NCBI RefSeq assembly: GCF_006345805.1
Contig: NC_043008.1
Location: 12,028,001-12,092,000 of the forward strand
Length of the DNA: 64,000 nucleotides
Reading direction: 5' to 3'
Origin: Octopus sinensis
Lineage: Eukaryota
The notes under the pieces are model-generated. The model searched no databases. It saw only the letters and a program-made list of their open reading frames with translations, and was not told where the DNA came from. Both the position numbers and the translations under genes were made by a program. Below are positions 23,744 through 36,873 of the stretch, piece after piece (within the stretch, counting starts at the first letter, position 1; every line of letters starts with the position of its first letter).

Positions 23744-24678
23744 TATATGGAAGCTTATTCCTAAAAATGTATAATGTGACAATTATCTTTATCCCTTAAC
23801 AGTAAAATATCTTGAATAACGAAGCAGTTTTCTTTTTCCGACATATTTCATCGCTATTTTCCCTTCTTCAAGAGCTGGCTAATCTCAAGGAACCCTCATC
23901 GCCAATAACGTTAACAAATATGAGTTTTATTATTGATTTTGCAGTTAATATCTTTTATGTTGTTTGTGTGTGTTTTTCTTCCATTTAAATTCCCATCTTC
24001 AGCATTATTCTCGTTTGTGCTTTTTACAGTTCGACAGCAAATGTTTGAGCTTGGAAATCTGTCCGTTTAATTATTATACTGTGTTTAATACTTTAACGTG
24101 CTTGAAAAATTTTACAATTAGCGTTTAAAATTTTCTTCTATTGCCACTCTGAATGTGACGCAAACCTCTTCCATTCCATTGTAATATGGAAATAAAGTTA
24201 AAAATAGTTATCTTTTATAGAAATGTACATTGTTATGGTAAAATTATTAAAACACAACGCTTTCCCGAATAGGTAAGATTTGTGGAGATTTAAAATATAA
24301 AATGCCTGCCTATCAGAATTCCAGAATAAACAATATTTTTCAGCAAGAAATTCATAAAATCCATTGTACTCTGTTACAAATGGGAGTTCTGTAACCGTGT
24401 TAGACCAGGCAACGACAACAGCTAAACACTCAGGTTCACATAACCTAATCAGCACTCTATGCGAAGAAATTGTCTAAGAGAATGTCAAATAAGGTAAATA
24501 GTAATCATTCTAGGTGAAATACATCGGGCAATCTATATAAACTGTAAAACCAAAGTTATTCATCTATTGATTGGTTGCTGCATGCGTCTCTTAGTATAAT
24601 GGCAATCGGGCACAAATAAAGCTTCCTTGGCTATATAAATTCGTTTAAGGATGCAATCAGCTTAAATGACTCGAGAGC

Positions 24679-24758
<80 letters not shown>

Positions 24759-24768
24759 CTGGTAGAGA

Positions 24769-25135
24769 AGCGGGCGTGGCTGTGTGATAGGAAGCTAGTA
24801 CTCCAACCACATGGTTCCGGGTTCAGTCTCACTACAGCTTCGGGCTGATCAAAGACATGTCACTGGATTTGATAGACAGAAACTGAAAGCCGTCTTGTGT
24901 GTATGTGTGTGTGTGCGGGCGATTTTATGTTTGTTAGTACCCCCCACTACTTGATAACCGGTGTTGGTTTATTTCCGCGCCTCTTATCTAACAATTCGGC
25001 GAAAGATCCTGATAGATTAAAACAAAAAGTACTAAGTTTAATAGATTCTATGTTAGTAAAAGTTCTTCAAGGCGGTGCCCCAGCATGACAGTAGGCTAAT
25101 GGCTTCAAGAAATAAGATATAAGATAAGATAAAAG
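24769..25135 (+). mobile_element. SINE family A, diverged
   Basis: GCGTGGCTGTGTGATAGGAAGC...CCACATGGTTCCGGGTTCAGTC...AAGGCGGTGCCCCAGCATG. Confidence 0.8.
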
Positions 25136-25888
25136 ATTGGCTTCTATGCGTAATTAATCAGTTGATTATTTAATTAATCATTCAATCAGTGAAGCAGTTA
25201 TCTATCAACTATTCTTGTCTGACCATGAAGTAATTATGTTAGAATCTCTGTTTCTAACACATATATAAGCAGGTGGAAGTGGACTGAATTGTCATAGAAT
25301 TTTAAATATCAAGAATTCTCATGTCAGCAAATTCTTGAGATGAAGGTTATATATAACTGACATATCAAATTCCAATTTTTAAGTTATCATATTCTTGTTA
25401 TAAGAAACTTGCATGTAAACAGGTGCTTGGGTTCTGAATGACACTATCACGTAGTAAGACGGGTTTCTGCTTGACTTCACCAACTATATTCACCAATTTG
25501 GGTGTTTACGCCCAACATGGCTCTGATGTTCTTATATGTAAAGAACAAAAAATATATCTGCTGGCGTGTACTAAGCTTTTTCAAGCTGGAATTAATTACT
25601 TGATTATAAGCACTCTAAGTAGCGATGATTAAAATAAAGGTAGCTACATTTGCATTTAACCCGCACCTGTACACTCAAACTTATGAAGAAGACTCCCGCA
25701 GTAATTGTCTCAAACTGAGTTCCAGTGTAAAAACAAACGCGGGCAATGGATGGAGTCATCAGACTAAGAGGTATACGATAACGTCATTTAGACATATACC
25801 CAAATTTGATAAGTTCTATTTTGAGACAATTAGTGACGTCGCAATCTTTGTATTCTAGTTCAAGACAGTTAAAATAGTGGCAATCACG

Positions 25889-25952
25889 TTAATGTTAGAA
25901 ACGTTCGTGCTAAGACGTAAAAACGTCTTAGCACGAACGTTTCTAACATTAA
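25889..25952. repeat. Perfect inverted repeat, 30-bp arms, AAAA loop
   Basis: TTAATGTTAGAAACGTTCGTGCTAAGACGT-AAAA-ACGTCTTAGCACGAACGTTTCTAACATTAA. Confidence 0.95.
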
Positions 25953-26199
25953 TGTGAACAGCTTTATCGTAATGTTCACTGCTTTTATGATAGTAAAAAA
26001 AAATGAGGTTTTCAACATCGCTTGAAGTAAACGAAAGGCCTCAAATTTTTATACAATCTTGTTTGTTATTCCTTCTACTTGCTTTTACTGTTCAATATAC
26101 TTGTGTACGCCTAACTGAACGGTTAAGCTATTTAGAAGAGTTAGTCAGAACTAGTCATAATTGAACCAGAGAATTAAGCGCTTAAGTGAACATAGCGAT

Positions 26200-27050
26200 T
26201 GAAAAGTAATTGTAATTCCAAACTTCAAGAACTCTCTACAAGATGGCTTCGACATGAGCAAAATATTGTGACCAACGGTCAGAACTTGTGTTATTATTAT
26301 CCTGGAGTTTGTGGGTGGCTTCGACGATATTAAAAGAATGACAAATATCCTAGCTTCAATTTTGCCTCACATTAATAACCAGCTTAATTTAGAACTTCAT
26401 GCAAAACGTTTAGAATTTATAAGATAAGGACATTCATTAATAAAGGTAAGGGGTTCTCAGAATTTCATCAAAGAAATGCTGAAATCTAAGGATGTGAGTA
26501 GCAATATTGTTAACGATGCTTCAATATATAAAACGACAGTTGACAGTCATTGTATTGGCATTGTAGAAAACATTAATCTTGATTATTCAACAAAAAATAT
26601 GCCCCCCTCTCATGAGAACTACAAAAAATTTCCCCTTTAAATATTTTAAATTTCTACATTGCTTTATAAACTAGATGCTTCAGTGATTTTTATTTTGTGA
26701 ACTGTTTGAAAATTTAGGGTTGCTTCAGGCGTTGAATGCAACCAATGTTATGGAGGGAAGCCAAATCAATTATCCGTTAGTTATGTAATTTTCCAATATA
26801 GTTCGTTGAAAACAAAACAGAAAAATCATTATGAAGAACTTTATAGGGAATGAAGAAAGTTGGTACAGCAAGCTAAAACTGCAAATGCAGAAAAAAGTCT
26901 CAGCAATTTTTGCTTAAGATGTGGTGAAGAATTATGGTTCTCTTTATCGTCAAAATTTATGATTAACCTTCATTCACCTCATTCTTCTGCAGCTGCTGAA
27001 ATAGTGGTTTCCTTATTCATCAATATTAAACTTAAAAAATTGCGCTTCTT
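26200..27050 (+). pseudogene. Possible decayed LINE ORF1 (zinc-knuckle, gag-like)
   Basis: Broken frames give VECNQCYGG and FCLRCGEE, resembling CCHC knuckles, downstream of an A-rich coding-like stretch. Confidence 0.3.
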
Positions 27051-29119
27051 TGAAAACATGCACCTTCAGTGCATTAATAAGATCTGAATCTTTACTTCAA
27101 GACGTTAACTGCCAAAAGTGGAATCCATGACAACAGCTCTGTGACAGAATGCAAAGTTATAGTAATGAGGCAGTTTATAAAAAGTGTGCTTTTAATAAAG
27201 TATACGTTAAATCTATTTTCCTCTCTGATTAAGATTTTTTTATTCACTTTTTAGTTTGATATTTCAAATTTCGTGCTTGCTTGTGAATTTTTGTACCTTT
27301 CCATGCAAAATTTGGTATACCCGCAAAAGCATTTGGCAGTTCTATTCCTTAATTTCTACAAGGCTTGTTTCATATCGTGACGACACTTCACTAGCCGCAT
27401 GCTGTTTATAATTCAAACCTTCTGAGCAGAAACCTATTAAATGGTTGTAACTACCACATGTTTAGTAGCTGAACCTTCTTTCCTGAATGTTTAGTTTTAA
27501 GGCATCTCATATCAACACAAAACTCTCCTATTTCGTTTCCCGTAGTATTATCGAATCGTGAAGACTTATTTATCGATAGTGACCACACCCAATCACATTC
27601 ACTGAAATATTCTCAGTGCTGGTTAATTACTCATAATGTGACAAGAAACTGTCTTTGAACCAAGGATCGAATTCGCGATCAATGTCCCTGAGGAGATCTT
27701 GGGTGTTTTTATTCTAAAAAGTTATGGAGATGATATATGGAGAGATATGCTGCATACTACATGGCGTTGTGTTTTTCTCCGCGTTGTTAGTTTTGCGACA
27801 ACGCACATGTTTCCACACCCTTGAAGAGGATTGCTTCTTACAACTCCTTTGATTCCAGAAAGCAATCGTGCGTGGCCTTCACATTTGCATATTATTCTCT
27901 CTCCCTCTTTCTCTCTCTGTTACCTGGGCAATTGATCGTAACAGCGAGGCACCTTTTTGGAAAGAAAATACTACCAATAATTAGTCAATTCAGTAAATGT
28001 TTCATATCTAGTCTTGTCTTGTTTAAAAGCTAACTTGCTAATCTGCTTCGTACAATCCAACTGATGGGTTCCAAAAAAGGTTTTCCGTATACCCAATTTC
28101 GCTCACAAAAATTGAGCCATCTCGTGGTTAAGATAAAAGACACTTGCTCGAAATAGCTTACAGTAGGATGGAACGTTCAATCGCATGCTTGCGAAACGGA
28201 CTTCTTATCCGTCAGCCATAATTACGTCTACAATTGCCATAACACAAGCCACATGACACATATTCTATCACCAATCAAACAGCACACAGGAAACACAAAC
28301 AATGTCCAGCAAAATAACACAGTCATATTCAATGTAATAAAACAACACAACAACAACGAAACTAAGACTAATAACAATGCAAATATTGTCATCTGGAACA
28401 CACAATATAATATGCGAATACAAGTCAACATTACGAAAAGACTATGATGCTAACACACACATTTCAGGAATAAGACTGCAGCGTTCTAACAGAAAAAAAA
28501 ACACTCACTAAAAATATGAAATTAATACAAAAAAAAATGACATTCACTACAGACAATGTGGAGGCGGAGAAGTTCCGATTAAGCAGCAACAAGAACGACA
28601 ATAACAACGAAGGCATTCGCTATATAACCATCATAAATAAGAATATTGATTTAATGTTTTCGTCAGTTTAGTTTCTTGTCGTTTTGACTGCGTTTTAAAC
28701 CAGAGTTTTCAGTCACAAGAAAGACGACATAGAAGAAAATTTAAAGACGAAGAAAGAAAAAGATACAGAGAGAAATGGAGAGAGGGAGGGAGAAGAGGGT
28801 TGGAACAAATAGAGGATAAGGGGAACGGTGGCGTAATGGCATAGAAACTGAAGAAATTTGTTAGGTAATGAAATAATTCCAATTGCTAATTAAAGGCGAC
28901 GAATGTATCAGAGTCTCTGGAGTGTCGAATTGAACGCCGAATGGTAAACGTTCAGACTTGGTATACGAGAACAAATCCTGCCAAGGTCACTATTGCAATT
29001 CGTCCTCTCAGTTGTAAACACCAGCTCCCCTTAACATTTCGTTCTAGATTAGAGATTAAAATGTTTGAGATGTTATTGTTGAAAATCCTTTCATCTTTGT
29101 TGTTTACTTACTTACTTTT

Positions 29120-29475
29120 ACTTGTAGCGACATTCATCCTGGGCGGGTTGAGTCGGCTTCTTCTACCCATGGAATAAGTTTCCTGGGAATATGTGGATTT
29201 CACAAGTGGTCCCCAACAATTCCGCATGTAGAGACATCCTGTTTGCCGCAGATTGTCCGCAGACGCAGCGACAGAACGACCGAGGAACCGCCGGTTGCTG
29301 AAGTAGACACAACGAGGATTTTCACCAGAGCCCCGTCTGCCGGGTTGTGGCCCTAATACCACTCGGTGTCAGACCAATCCGCCTTGGGTGGCCCTACCAG
29401 GAACCGAAGTTCCCGACGGCATAGCTCTAACACTACCCGTTGCCAGCGTTCCCACCATGGTGAGGAGGGGATGAA
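29120..29475 (-). mobile_element. Probable RTE-clade LINE 5' UTR fragment
   Basis: GC-rich island. The minus strand GAGCTATGCCGTCGGGAACTTCGGTTCCTGGTAGGGCCACCCAAGGCGGATTGGTC resembles RTE/Expander 5' UTRs as I recall them. Confidence 0.45.
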
Positions 29476-29584
29476 CTTTAGGGACTTTGTTGTTAGACCC
29501 AGGTTAGCTCTCAGTGAGATGGGAAAGGTTTAAAAAGTATTTTTACTGGGGGCATCTTTTATTAAGACATAGTGTGTCAAAGTA

Positions 29585-30150
29585 TTGGGTTATCCAGAAA
29601 GTTCGTGCCGATTTTTAAAGGAAAGAAAAAGGTCAATAAATACTTGCCATTACGTTTTTAATCAACCAAATGTGAACCATTTTGTTGCACAATGCGTCTC
29701 CATCTTTCCTTTAATTTGAAAATAAACTCTTCCCAGAATTGAGGTGGTTTCATGACAAAGAATTCATCAATGTATCTTTTTACGTCATCCAAGGAATTGA
29801 CATTTTTACCATTAAGACTATTCTATAGAGACCTGAATGAGTGGAAATCCGAAGGAGCAATATCTGGTGAATATGGAGGGTGGAATAACACATCACAGCC
29901 GAGCTGCAGCAATTTTTGTCTGGTTCCCAAAGCATCAAGTACCGAAAATGAACTTTCTTATCTTCCATTTTAAAGGGTTACAGAATTAACACAGGTTACA
30001 GGAACATAAATCTTCTTCCACGAAAAGATAGCTGAAACTGTGGTCTAAATGGAGGTTTAGTCAAATTCTATTTCATGGACTCAACCATGTTCTAAAATAA
30101 GCCGAAAGGTAAGCTACTATAAATCGGCACGAACTTTCCGGACAACCCAA
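29585..30150 (-). mobile_element. Internally deleted mariner element with intact TIRs and TA TSD
   Basis: TIRs of about 30 bp (TTGGGTTATCCAGAAAGTTCGTGCCGATTT / AAATCGGCACGAACTTTCCGGACAACCCAA). The N-terminus MEDKKVHFRYLML is joined to the C-terminus TRQKLLQLG..HPPYSPDIAPSDFHSFRSL..WRRIVQQNG. Confidence 0.92.
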
Positions 30151-30825
30151 TATATATTGTCTAACAGCCTTTTGTTTCTTTATAACAATACTATTTTATG
30201 TGAACGATTAGCCTGTTTTTCTAGCCGGAAGGGCGAACACTTGGAAACTCGTAATGACAGTTTTCATTCATAGGCAGAAAATCACGGATTTCTAAACAGA
30301 AGTAAATCATATTACATCACCAATTAGACACGGTTTCAATTGGAAACGCAAAGCATTCAATAATGAAAGTAAACGGAAATCTGACTTTGAAAGTAGGTTA
30401 TTAATTTACTTCACTGATGAAGCCGACGGAAAACCGAAAACTAGTCCATAGTTTTATCATTATGGCAAAGATTAGACTCCCTTTGCCCCGCTGCATGTGG
30501 AAATTTGAAATTAATTTTAATTTCGGGGATGTTTTTCCGACACTCTTTCAGAAGAATTAATCATGCTGTCAATTATTTTTATCTCAATACTATGTGTGAC
30601 TTTAATTAGTTAAAAATTATTGGTTCGCTTTTATTAACTTACATTAGCACGAACTTCACTATTTTGTAAAGTAATTAGTTCGGCGTTCAGCACTTTCAGA
30701 AGTTTCACTGTTTCCAAGGGGAAATATGGGATATATACAACTAAAATTAAAACTATATATATATATATATACATTGTGCATAACGTTAGACAGACAGACA
30801 GACAGATAGGTAGATAGATGGCTTG

Positions 30826-30959
<134 letters not shown>

Positions 30960-31043
30960 GGATGGATGGATGGATGGATGGATTGATGGATGGATCGATA
31001 GATAGATACATAGATAGATACATAGATACATAGATACATAGAT

Positions 31044-31462
31044 AGGCGCAGGAGTCGCTGTGTGGTAAGTAGCTTGTTTACCAACCACATGGTTCCGGGT
31101 TCAGTCCTACTGCGTGGCACCTTGGGCAAGTGTCTTCTTCTACAGCCTCGGGCCGACCAAAGCCTTGTGAGTGAATTTGGTAGACGGAAACTGAAAGAAG
31201 CTCGTCGTATATATTTATATATATATATATGTATGTGTGTGTGTTTGTGTGTCTGTGTTTGTCCCCCTAGCATTGCTTGGCAACCGATGCTGGTGTGTTT
31301 ATGTCCCCGTCACTTAGCGGCTTGGCAAAACAGACCGATAGAATAAGTACTGGTCTTACAAAGAATAAGTGCCGGGGTCGAGTTTCTCGATTAAAGGCGG
31401 TGCTCCAGCATGGCCGCAGTCAAATGACTGAAACAAGTAAAAGAGTAAAAGAGTTAAAGAGT
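31044..31462 (+). mobile_element. SINE family A, full length, near consensus
   Basis: AGGCGCAGGAGTCGCTGTGTGGTAAG...GAAACAAGTAAAAGAGTAAAAGAG, embedded in (GATA)n. Confidence 0.92.
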
Positions 31463-31540
31463 ATAGATAGATAGATAGATAGATAGATACATACATACAT
31501 ACATACATACATACATACATACATACATACATACATACAT

Positions 31541-31609
<69 letters not shown>

Positions 31610-31618
31610 TATATATAT

Positions 31619-31697
<79 letters not shown>

Positions 31698-32211
31698 CAG
31701 ACAGACAGACAAACACTACATAACAAAAATACAACAACCGCAGTTATAGAAGTTAGTACAAAGGTAGGATAGAAGGAAGATTGTGGAAACAGAAGAACGA
31801 AAAAGAGGTTATGTTCTCCATTTGAATAAACGAAAAGATAAAAGATGCAGTGAGTTGGTTCACATCTGTCAGCTGATAATGCAATAAGATGGTAGCAATC
31901 AACATCTGTTTTGTTTCTCCCCTCAAGATAGTTTCAGAAAGTAAGTTTATAGTTTCACACTCTGTACTTGTGATTACTTCGGTACTACACTCCATAGTAA
32001 CCAACGTAACTGGAATCTTATCGTTGCTGTAATTAACGGCTATTTGCTTGGGCGGACGGGCAGGACGGAACTGTTCTATTATCTTTTATCTATTATTTTT
32101 ATTTTTAATATGGCTGCGTGAATATCTTTTAAGCTGTTGTCAAAAAAAAGAAATTAAATGAAAAGAAAAAGAAAGAACAGAAATATTTGTATATGTATGT
32201 ATCCGTTAGAG

Positions 32212-32793
32212 CGGAGGCTCTCAAACTATTTGGACCGCTACCACTACCTCAGCACCCTACCCCTATTTTTATGTATAAATAGATATTTTATATTTTACTA
32301 ATTTATATATATATATATGTATATACTATGAATCATTTGATATTTAATACAATATTATATAATTTGTATACGATATAAATGCGCCCTTTTCAAGCCTAAC
32401 CAGGCTCATGGGCCCACTTTCTCGGTTTCTATGGCGTATGTGTTCCCCAGCTGGACGGGACACCAGTCCATCACAGCGTTACTCATTTTTGCCAGCTGAG
32501 TGGACTGGAGCAACGTGAAATGAAGTGTTTTGCTCAAGAACACAACGCGTCGCCCGGTCCAGGAATCGAAACCACAATCATACGATCATGGTGCTGACAC
32601 CCTAACCACTAAGTAACGCACCTCCACCAATTTGTGCACAATATATAATGATATTATAAATTCATAGTGTCCTCCAATCTACTGCCTTCATTCCAATGGT
32701 TCCTTTTTCTCTATCGACCCCTTAGTCACCAGCGCTCACCTGGACCGTCTCAACGCCCACCGAGGGCGGCAGCGCCCAATTTGAGAACCTATG
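32212..32793. mobile_element. hAT (Charlie/Buster-type) MITE carrying a nested SINE
   Basis: Exact 8-bp TSD CGTTAGAG at 32204-32211 and 32794-32801. Imperfect TIRs CGGAGGCTCTCAAACT / AATTTGAGAACCTATG. Confidence 0.75.
32378..32628 (-). mobile_element. SINE family C solo copy (tRNA-like head, V-domain-like core)
   Basis: Reverse complement of the 38689-41195 array unit. Degenerate 17-bp TSD AATTTGTATACGATATA / AATTTGTGCACAATATA. Confidence 0.88.
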
Positions 32794-32999
32794 CGTTAGA
32801 GGAAACATTCAGACATACTTTTGTTTTCATCAAATGCGCCAGTGAGAATAATAAATGTATGCATGCATTGTTAGTTGACATTTATCTTTATCCATAAGTC
32901 TTGCATTATAAATGTCTGCCCCTGTCTCTCTACTTCTCCTTCTTTATTTCTCAATCTATGTACACAAATACATACATATATATGTGTGTGTATATATAA

Positions 33000-33290
33000 A
33001 TACATATATATATATGTATGTATGTATGTGTATGTTTATATGTATGTATGTATGGATGTATGTATGAATGTATGTATGTATGTATGTATGAATGCATGCA
33101 TGCATGTATGTATGTATGTATGTATGTATGTATGTATGTATGTATGTATGTATTTATGTATGTATGTATGTATGTATGTTTATATGTATGTATGTATGTA
33201 TGTATGTATGAATGTATGTATGTATGTATGTATGTATGAATGCATGCATGTACGTATGTATGTATGTATGTATTTATGTATGTATGTATA
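33000..33290. repeat. (ATGT)n microsatellite
   Basis: Directly visible. Confidence 0.95.
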
Positions 33291-33473
33291 AACATGTCCG
33301 ATATTCTCGATTATAAATCTAAAACACTTAAATTATTTAGAATGTAGAGTGATATTATTTATCATCTGGTCATTTATTCTACAGTCAAGTTGCTGATTAA
33401 ATACGAAGCTTGCAACAGATGGAATGATGCTATTGGTGGTAATATGCGCAGTAATATTTGATTCTTATTTATG

Positions 33474-33890
33474 TAAGGCGGTGAGCTGGTAGAATCGTTG
33501 GCACGTCGGGCGTAATGCTTAGCGACGTTTCAGTTGCCTTTACGTTCATAGTCCAAATGCCGCCGAAGTCGTCTTTGACGTTCATCCTTATTTCGAAGCA
33601 TCAGTTGCGTACTGGGGTCGATGTAATCGACATAACCCTATACCCGAATTTGCAGGCCGTGTGGAAAAATTTAGAACAAATATTTAATAATTATGTGAGG
33701 CGGTGAGCGGCACGTGGCGCGAAACGCTTAGCGGCATTTGGTTCGTAGTTCAAATTTCGCGGGAATCAGCTTTGCTTTTCATCCTTTCCGGATCGATAAA
33801 ATTAGTACCAGTTGAACACTGGGGTCAATTCAATCAACATAACCCCTTCCCAAAATCTGTTGCTCTTGTGACAAAATTTGGAGCCAGTAT
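33474..33890 (+). mobile_element. Two tandem SINE family B copies (about 33474-33680 and 33698-33890)
   Basis: Each starts GGCGGTGAGC and ends in the CCTTGTG..AAAATTT-type tail. Confidence 0.7.
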
Positions 33891-33987
33891 CTAATATATA
33901 TATTTTCTTCTATATTTAAAGCATTTTCCATTGTACCATGAAGGTTTTAAATTTTAATCTGTGTTATATTTTGACATCAGTTATTCA

Positions 33988-34149
33988 CATTATTTACATT
34001 TGACGGGTATTTGTCCTCATCTTGTTTGTTGTTAACACAACGTTTCGGCTGATATACCCTCTAGCCTTCATCAGGTGTCTTATGGAAATTTTGAACCTGG
34101 GTTCTCATTCCTAAGGTATTTTTCGATGTTGTTGTTGTTATTATTATTA

Positions 34150-34212
<63 letters not shown>

Positions 34213-34354
34213 CCACTTCCTGGTTTCGAACTCGGAATCTTGGGGTTAGTAGCCTGCGCTCTTAACCACTACACCAAGTTGAGGACAAATATCCGTCAAA
34301 TGTAAATAACATAAATAATGAACATAGTTCCTCGTCTCTTAAATATAGAACTGT
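33988..34354. mobile_element. Family D element, second locus: inverted left arm plus short right arm and 3' extension, 12-bp TSD
   Basis: Left arm 33988-34273 (-), right arm 34274-34354 (+). TSD ATCAGTTATTCA / ATCTGTTATTCA at 33976-33987 and 34355-34366. Confidence 0.88.
34034..34079 (-). ncRNA. Minimal type I hammerhead motif (family D, intact core)
   Basis: Minus strand: GACAC-CTGATGA-A-GGCT(agagggtatatc)AGCC-GAAA-CG-TT-GTGTT. Confidence 0.7.
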
Positions 34355-34383
34355 ATCTGTTATTCATTTCAATTTTTTTTATA

Positions 34384-34768
34384 AGCGCAGGAGTGGCTGT
34401 GTAGTAAGTAGCTTGCTGCCCAACCACATGCCTCGTGGTTCAGTCCCATTGCGTGGCAACATGGGCAAGTATCTCTAGTATAGCCGCAGGCCGATTAAAG
34501 CCTGTAGATTTGGTAGACGGAAACTGAAAGAAGCCCATCGTATATATATTTATGTATTCATTTGTGTGTCTGTGCTTGTTACCACACCATCGCTTGACAA
34601 CAGATGTTGGTGTGTTTACATCTCAGTAACTTAGCGATTCGGAAAAATATACTAATAGAATAGGTACTAGGCTTACAAAGAATAAATCCTGGAGTCGATG
34701 TGTTCAACTAAAGGCGCTGTTCCGGCATGGCCGCATTCAAATGACTGAAATAATTAAAAGAATAAGAT
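34384..34768 (+). mobile_element. SINE family A, diverged full length
   Basis: GCGCAGGAGTGGCTGTGTAGTAAG...AAATGACTGAAAT. Confidence 0.88.
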
Positions 34769-35096
34769 AAATTAGGGACCCGTTTTTCTGGGATTCTCAA
34801 TCCCTAGATTCCACCATTCCCCTGAATAACTCTTTTTGTTATTTCTGATCCCATTTGGATTCCAATCAATGGAAATTTGCTAAAAATACACGGCCACTTA
34901 AAGCCGTCTAAAGACAAAGCCTCCTTCTAATCCAGGAAACGCGATAGGCTTTCATACAATCCAAAATACAATTTTTAGTAAAGCTACAAGAAAAATAATC
35001 AAATTGTTTGTTTTTCTATAGGTTAATCCGGTTAAAAAATTATTTTTTTTGCAGAGTTCTTGCGCACAAATTCGTTCATTTCTTGCATTTAACAAC

Positions 35097-35119
35097 AAAC
35101 AACAATAATAATAATAATG

Positions 35120-35168
<49 letters not shown>

Positions 35169-35185
35169 TAATAATAATAATGATG

Positions 35186-35222
<37 letters not shown>

Positions 35223-35404
35223 TGATAATGATGATAATAATAATAATGACGATGATAATGATAATAATAATGACGATGATAATGATGATGATAATGATGA
35301 CGATGATGATGATGATGATGATAATAATACTGATAACAACAACAATAATAAACATAATGATTATGCTGCTGCTGCTGATGATGATGATGATGGTGGTGAT
35401 GATG

Positions 35405-35438
<34 letters not shown>

Positions 35439-35449
35439 TGATGATGATG

Positions 35450-35485
<36 letters not shown>

Positions 35486-35506
35486 TAATAATAATAATAA
35501 TAATAA
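35097..35506. repeat. (AAT/GAT/GAC)n compound microsatellite
   Basis: Directly visible. Confidence 0.95.
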
Positions 35507-36290
35507 AGAAAATAAATCATCGATATTAAAAAAGTTTAGAAACAAACACACCCCTAATCAAATGATTTCTAATAGCCCCAGGGAAATGAGGTAAAAAGTG
35601 AATTGTTGATTATTTGTGTAGCTTCTTCAATTGAAGCGAAAAATACACTTCTAACACTGCTCAAATATCCGTAATATTGCCATTAAACCAAGCGAAGAGA
35701 CAAGATACTTCAACACACAAAAAACACAAAGAGACTAACAAAACCAAGCAAAAGAAGAAATAAAAATGAAATCGCAACAAAATCGACAAAAGAATATATA
35801 AAAATAAATAACGGCTTTGCCTCCACCGTCGTCGTCGACAACAACAATAACAGGAAGATTCTCAATAATATGATAGCGAATAATGACTATATCAATATAT
35901 CTTGAAATAATATGAAATAAATGATATATCAAATTTAAATCGGGTGTTTAGGGTGGAAAGAAATGTTCTGAAAGACGTTGTTGATTTATCGGTTGAAAAA
36001 TATTAAATCCCAAAAGGAAATTCGTATAAAGATAGAGTAATTATGTTTAGCTGCTACACCTCATTAACACGCGACCCCACCACGTAACCACACAGGCAGA
36101 AGGACACACAGACACCCACATACACACTTATATACATATATATATATGTGCTAATACACACACACACATATGTACATATATATATATACTATATATATGC
36201 GCGCGTGTGAATATTTAAATATACATATATATTTATATATATGTACATTATATATATATATTATATATATATTATATATATATATATATT

Positions 36291-36335
<45 letters not shown>

Positions 36336-36367
36336 TTATATCTATGTATGTGTATATACACACATAC

Positions 36368-36764
36368 ACGCAGGAGTGGCTGTGTGGTAAGTAGCTTGCT
36401 TACCAACCACATGGTTCTGGGTTCAGTTGCACTGCGTAGCACCTTGGGCAAGTGTCTTCTACAATAGCCTCAGGCTGAGCAAAGCTTTGTAAGTGGATTT
36501 GGTAGACAGAAACTGAAAGAAGCCCGTCGTATATATATATATGTATATATATGTGTGTGTGCGTGTGTGTGTGTGCGTGTGTGTGTGTGTGTCTGTTTGT
36601 GTGTCTGTTTTTGTATCCCCAACATCGCTTGACAACCGATACTGGTGTGTTTACGTCCCTGTAACCTAGCAATTCGGCAAAAGAGAACGATAGAATAAGT
36701 ACTAGGATTACAAAGAATAAATCCTGAGGTCGATGACTGAAACAAGTAAAAGAGTAAAAGAGTA
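36368..36764 (+). mobile_element. SINE family A with a small 3' deletion
   Basis: CGCAGGAGTGGCTGTGTGGTAAG...GAGGTCGATGACTGAAACAAGTAAAAGAGTAAAAGAG; the GGCGGTGCTCCAGC segment is missing. Confidence 0.9.
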
Positions 36765-36873
36765 TATGTCTAAGTCGAAACTTATACCGTTCCTCGTTAT
36801 ATAACCTTTCTACCGTTTCTTTGGGGGACTCACGCAATCGCGCGTCAGTTACTGTTTTACCATTTTATATATT

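Noticed and set aside
34952-35551. Long poly-Asn/Asp/Tyr/Ile ORFs
   Set aside because: An (AAT/GAT)n tract that is open in several frames on both strands.
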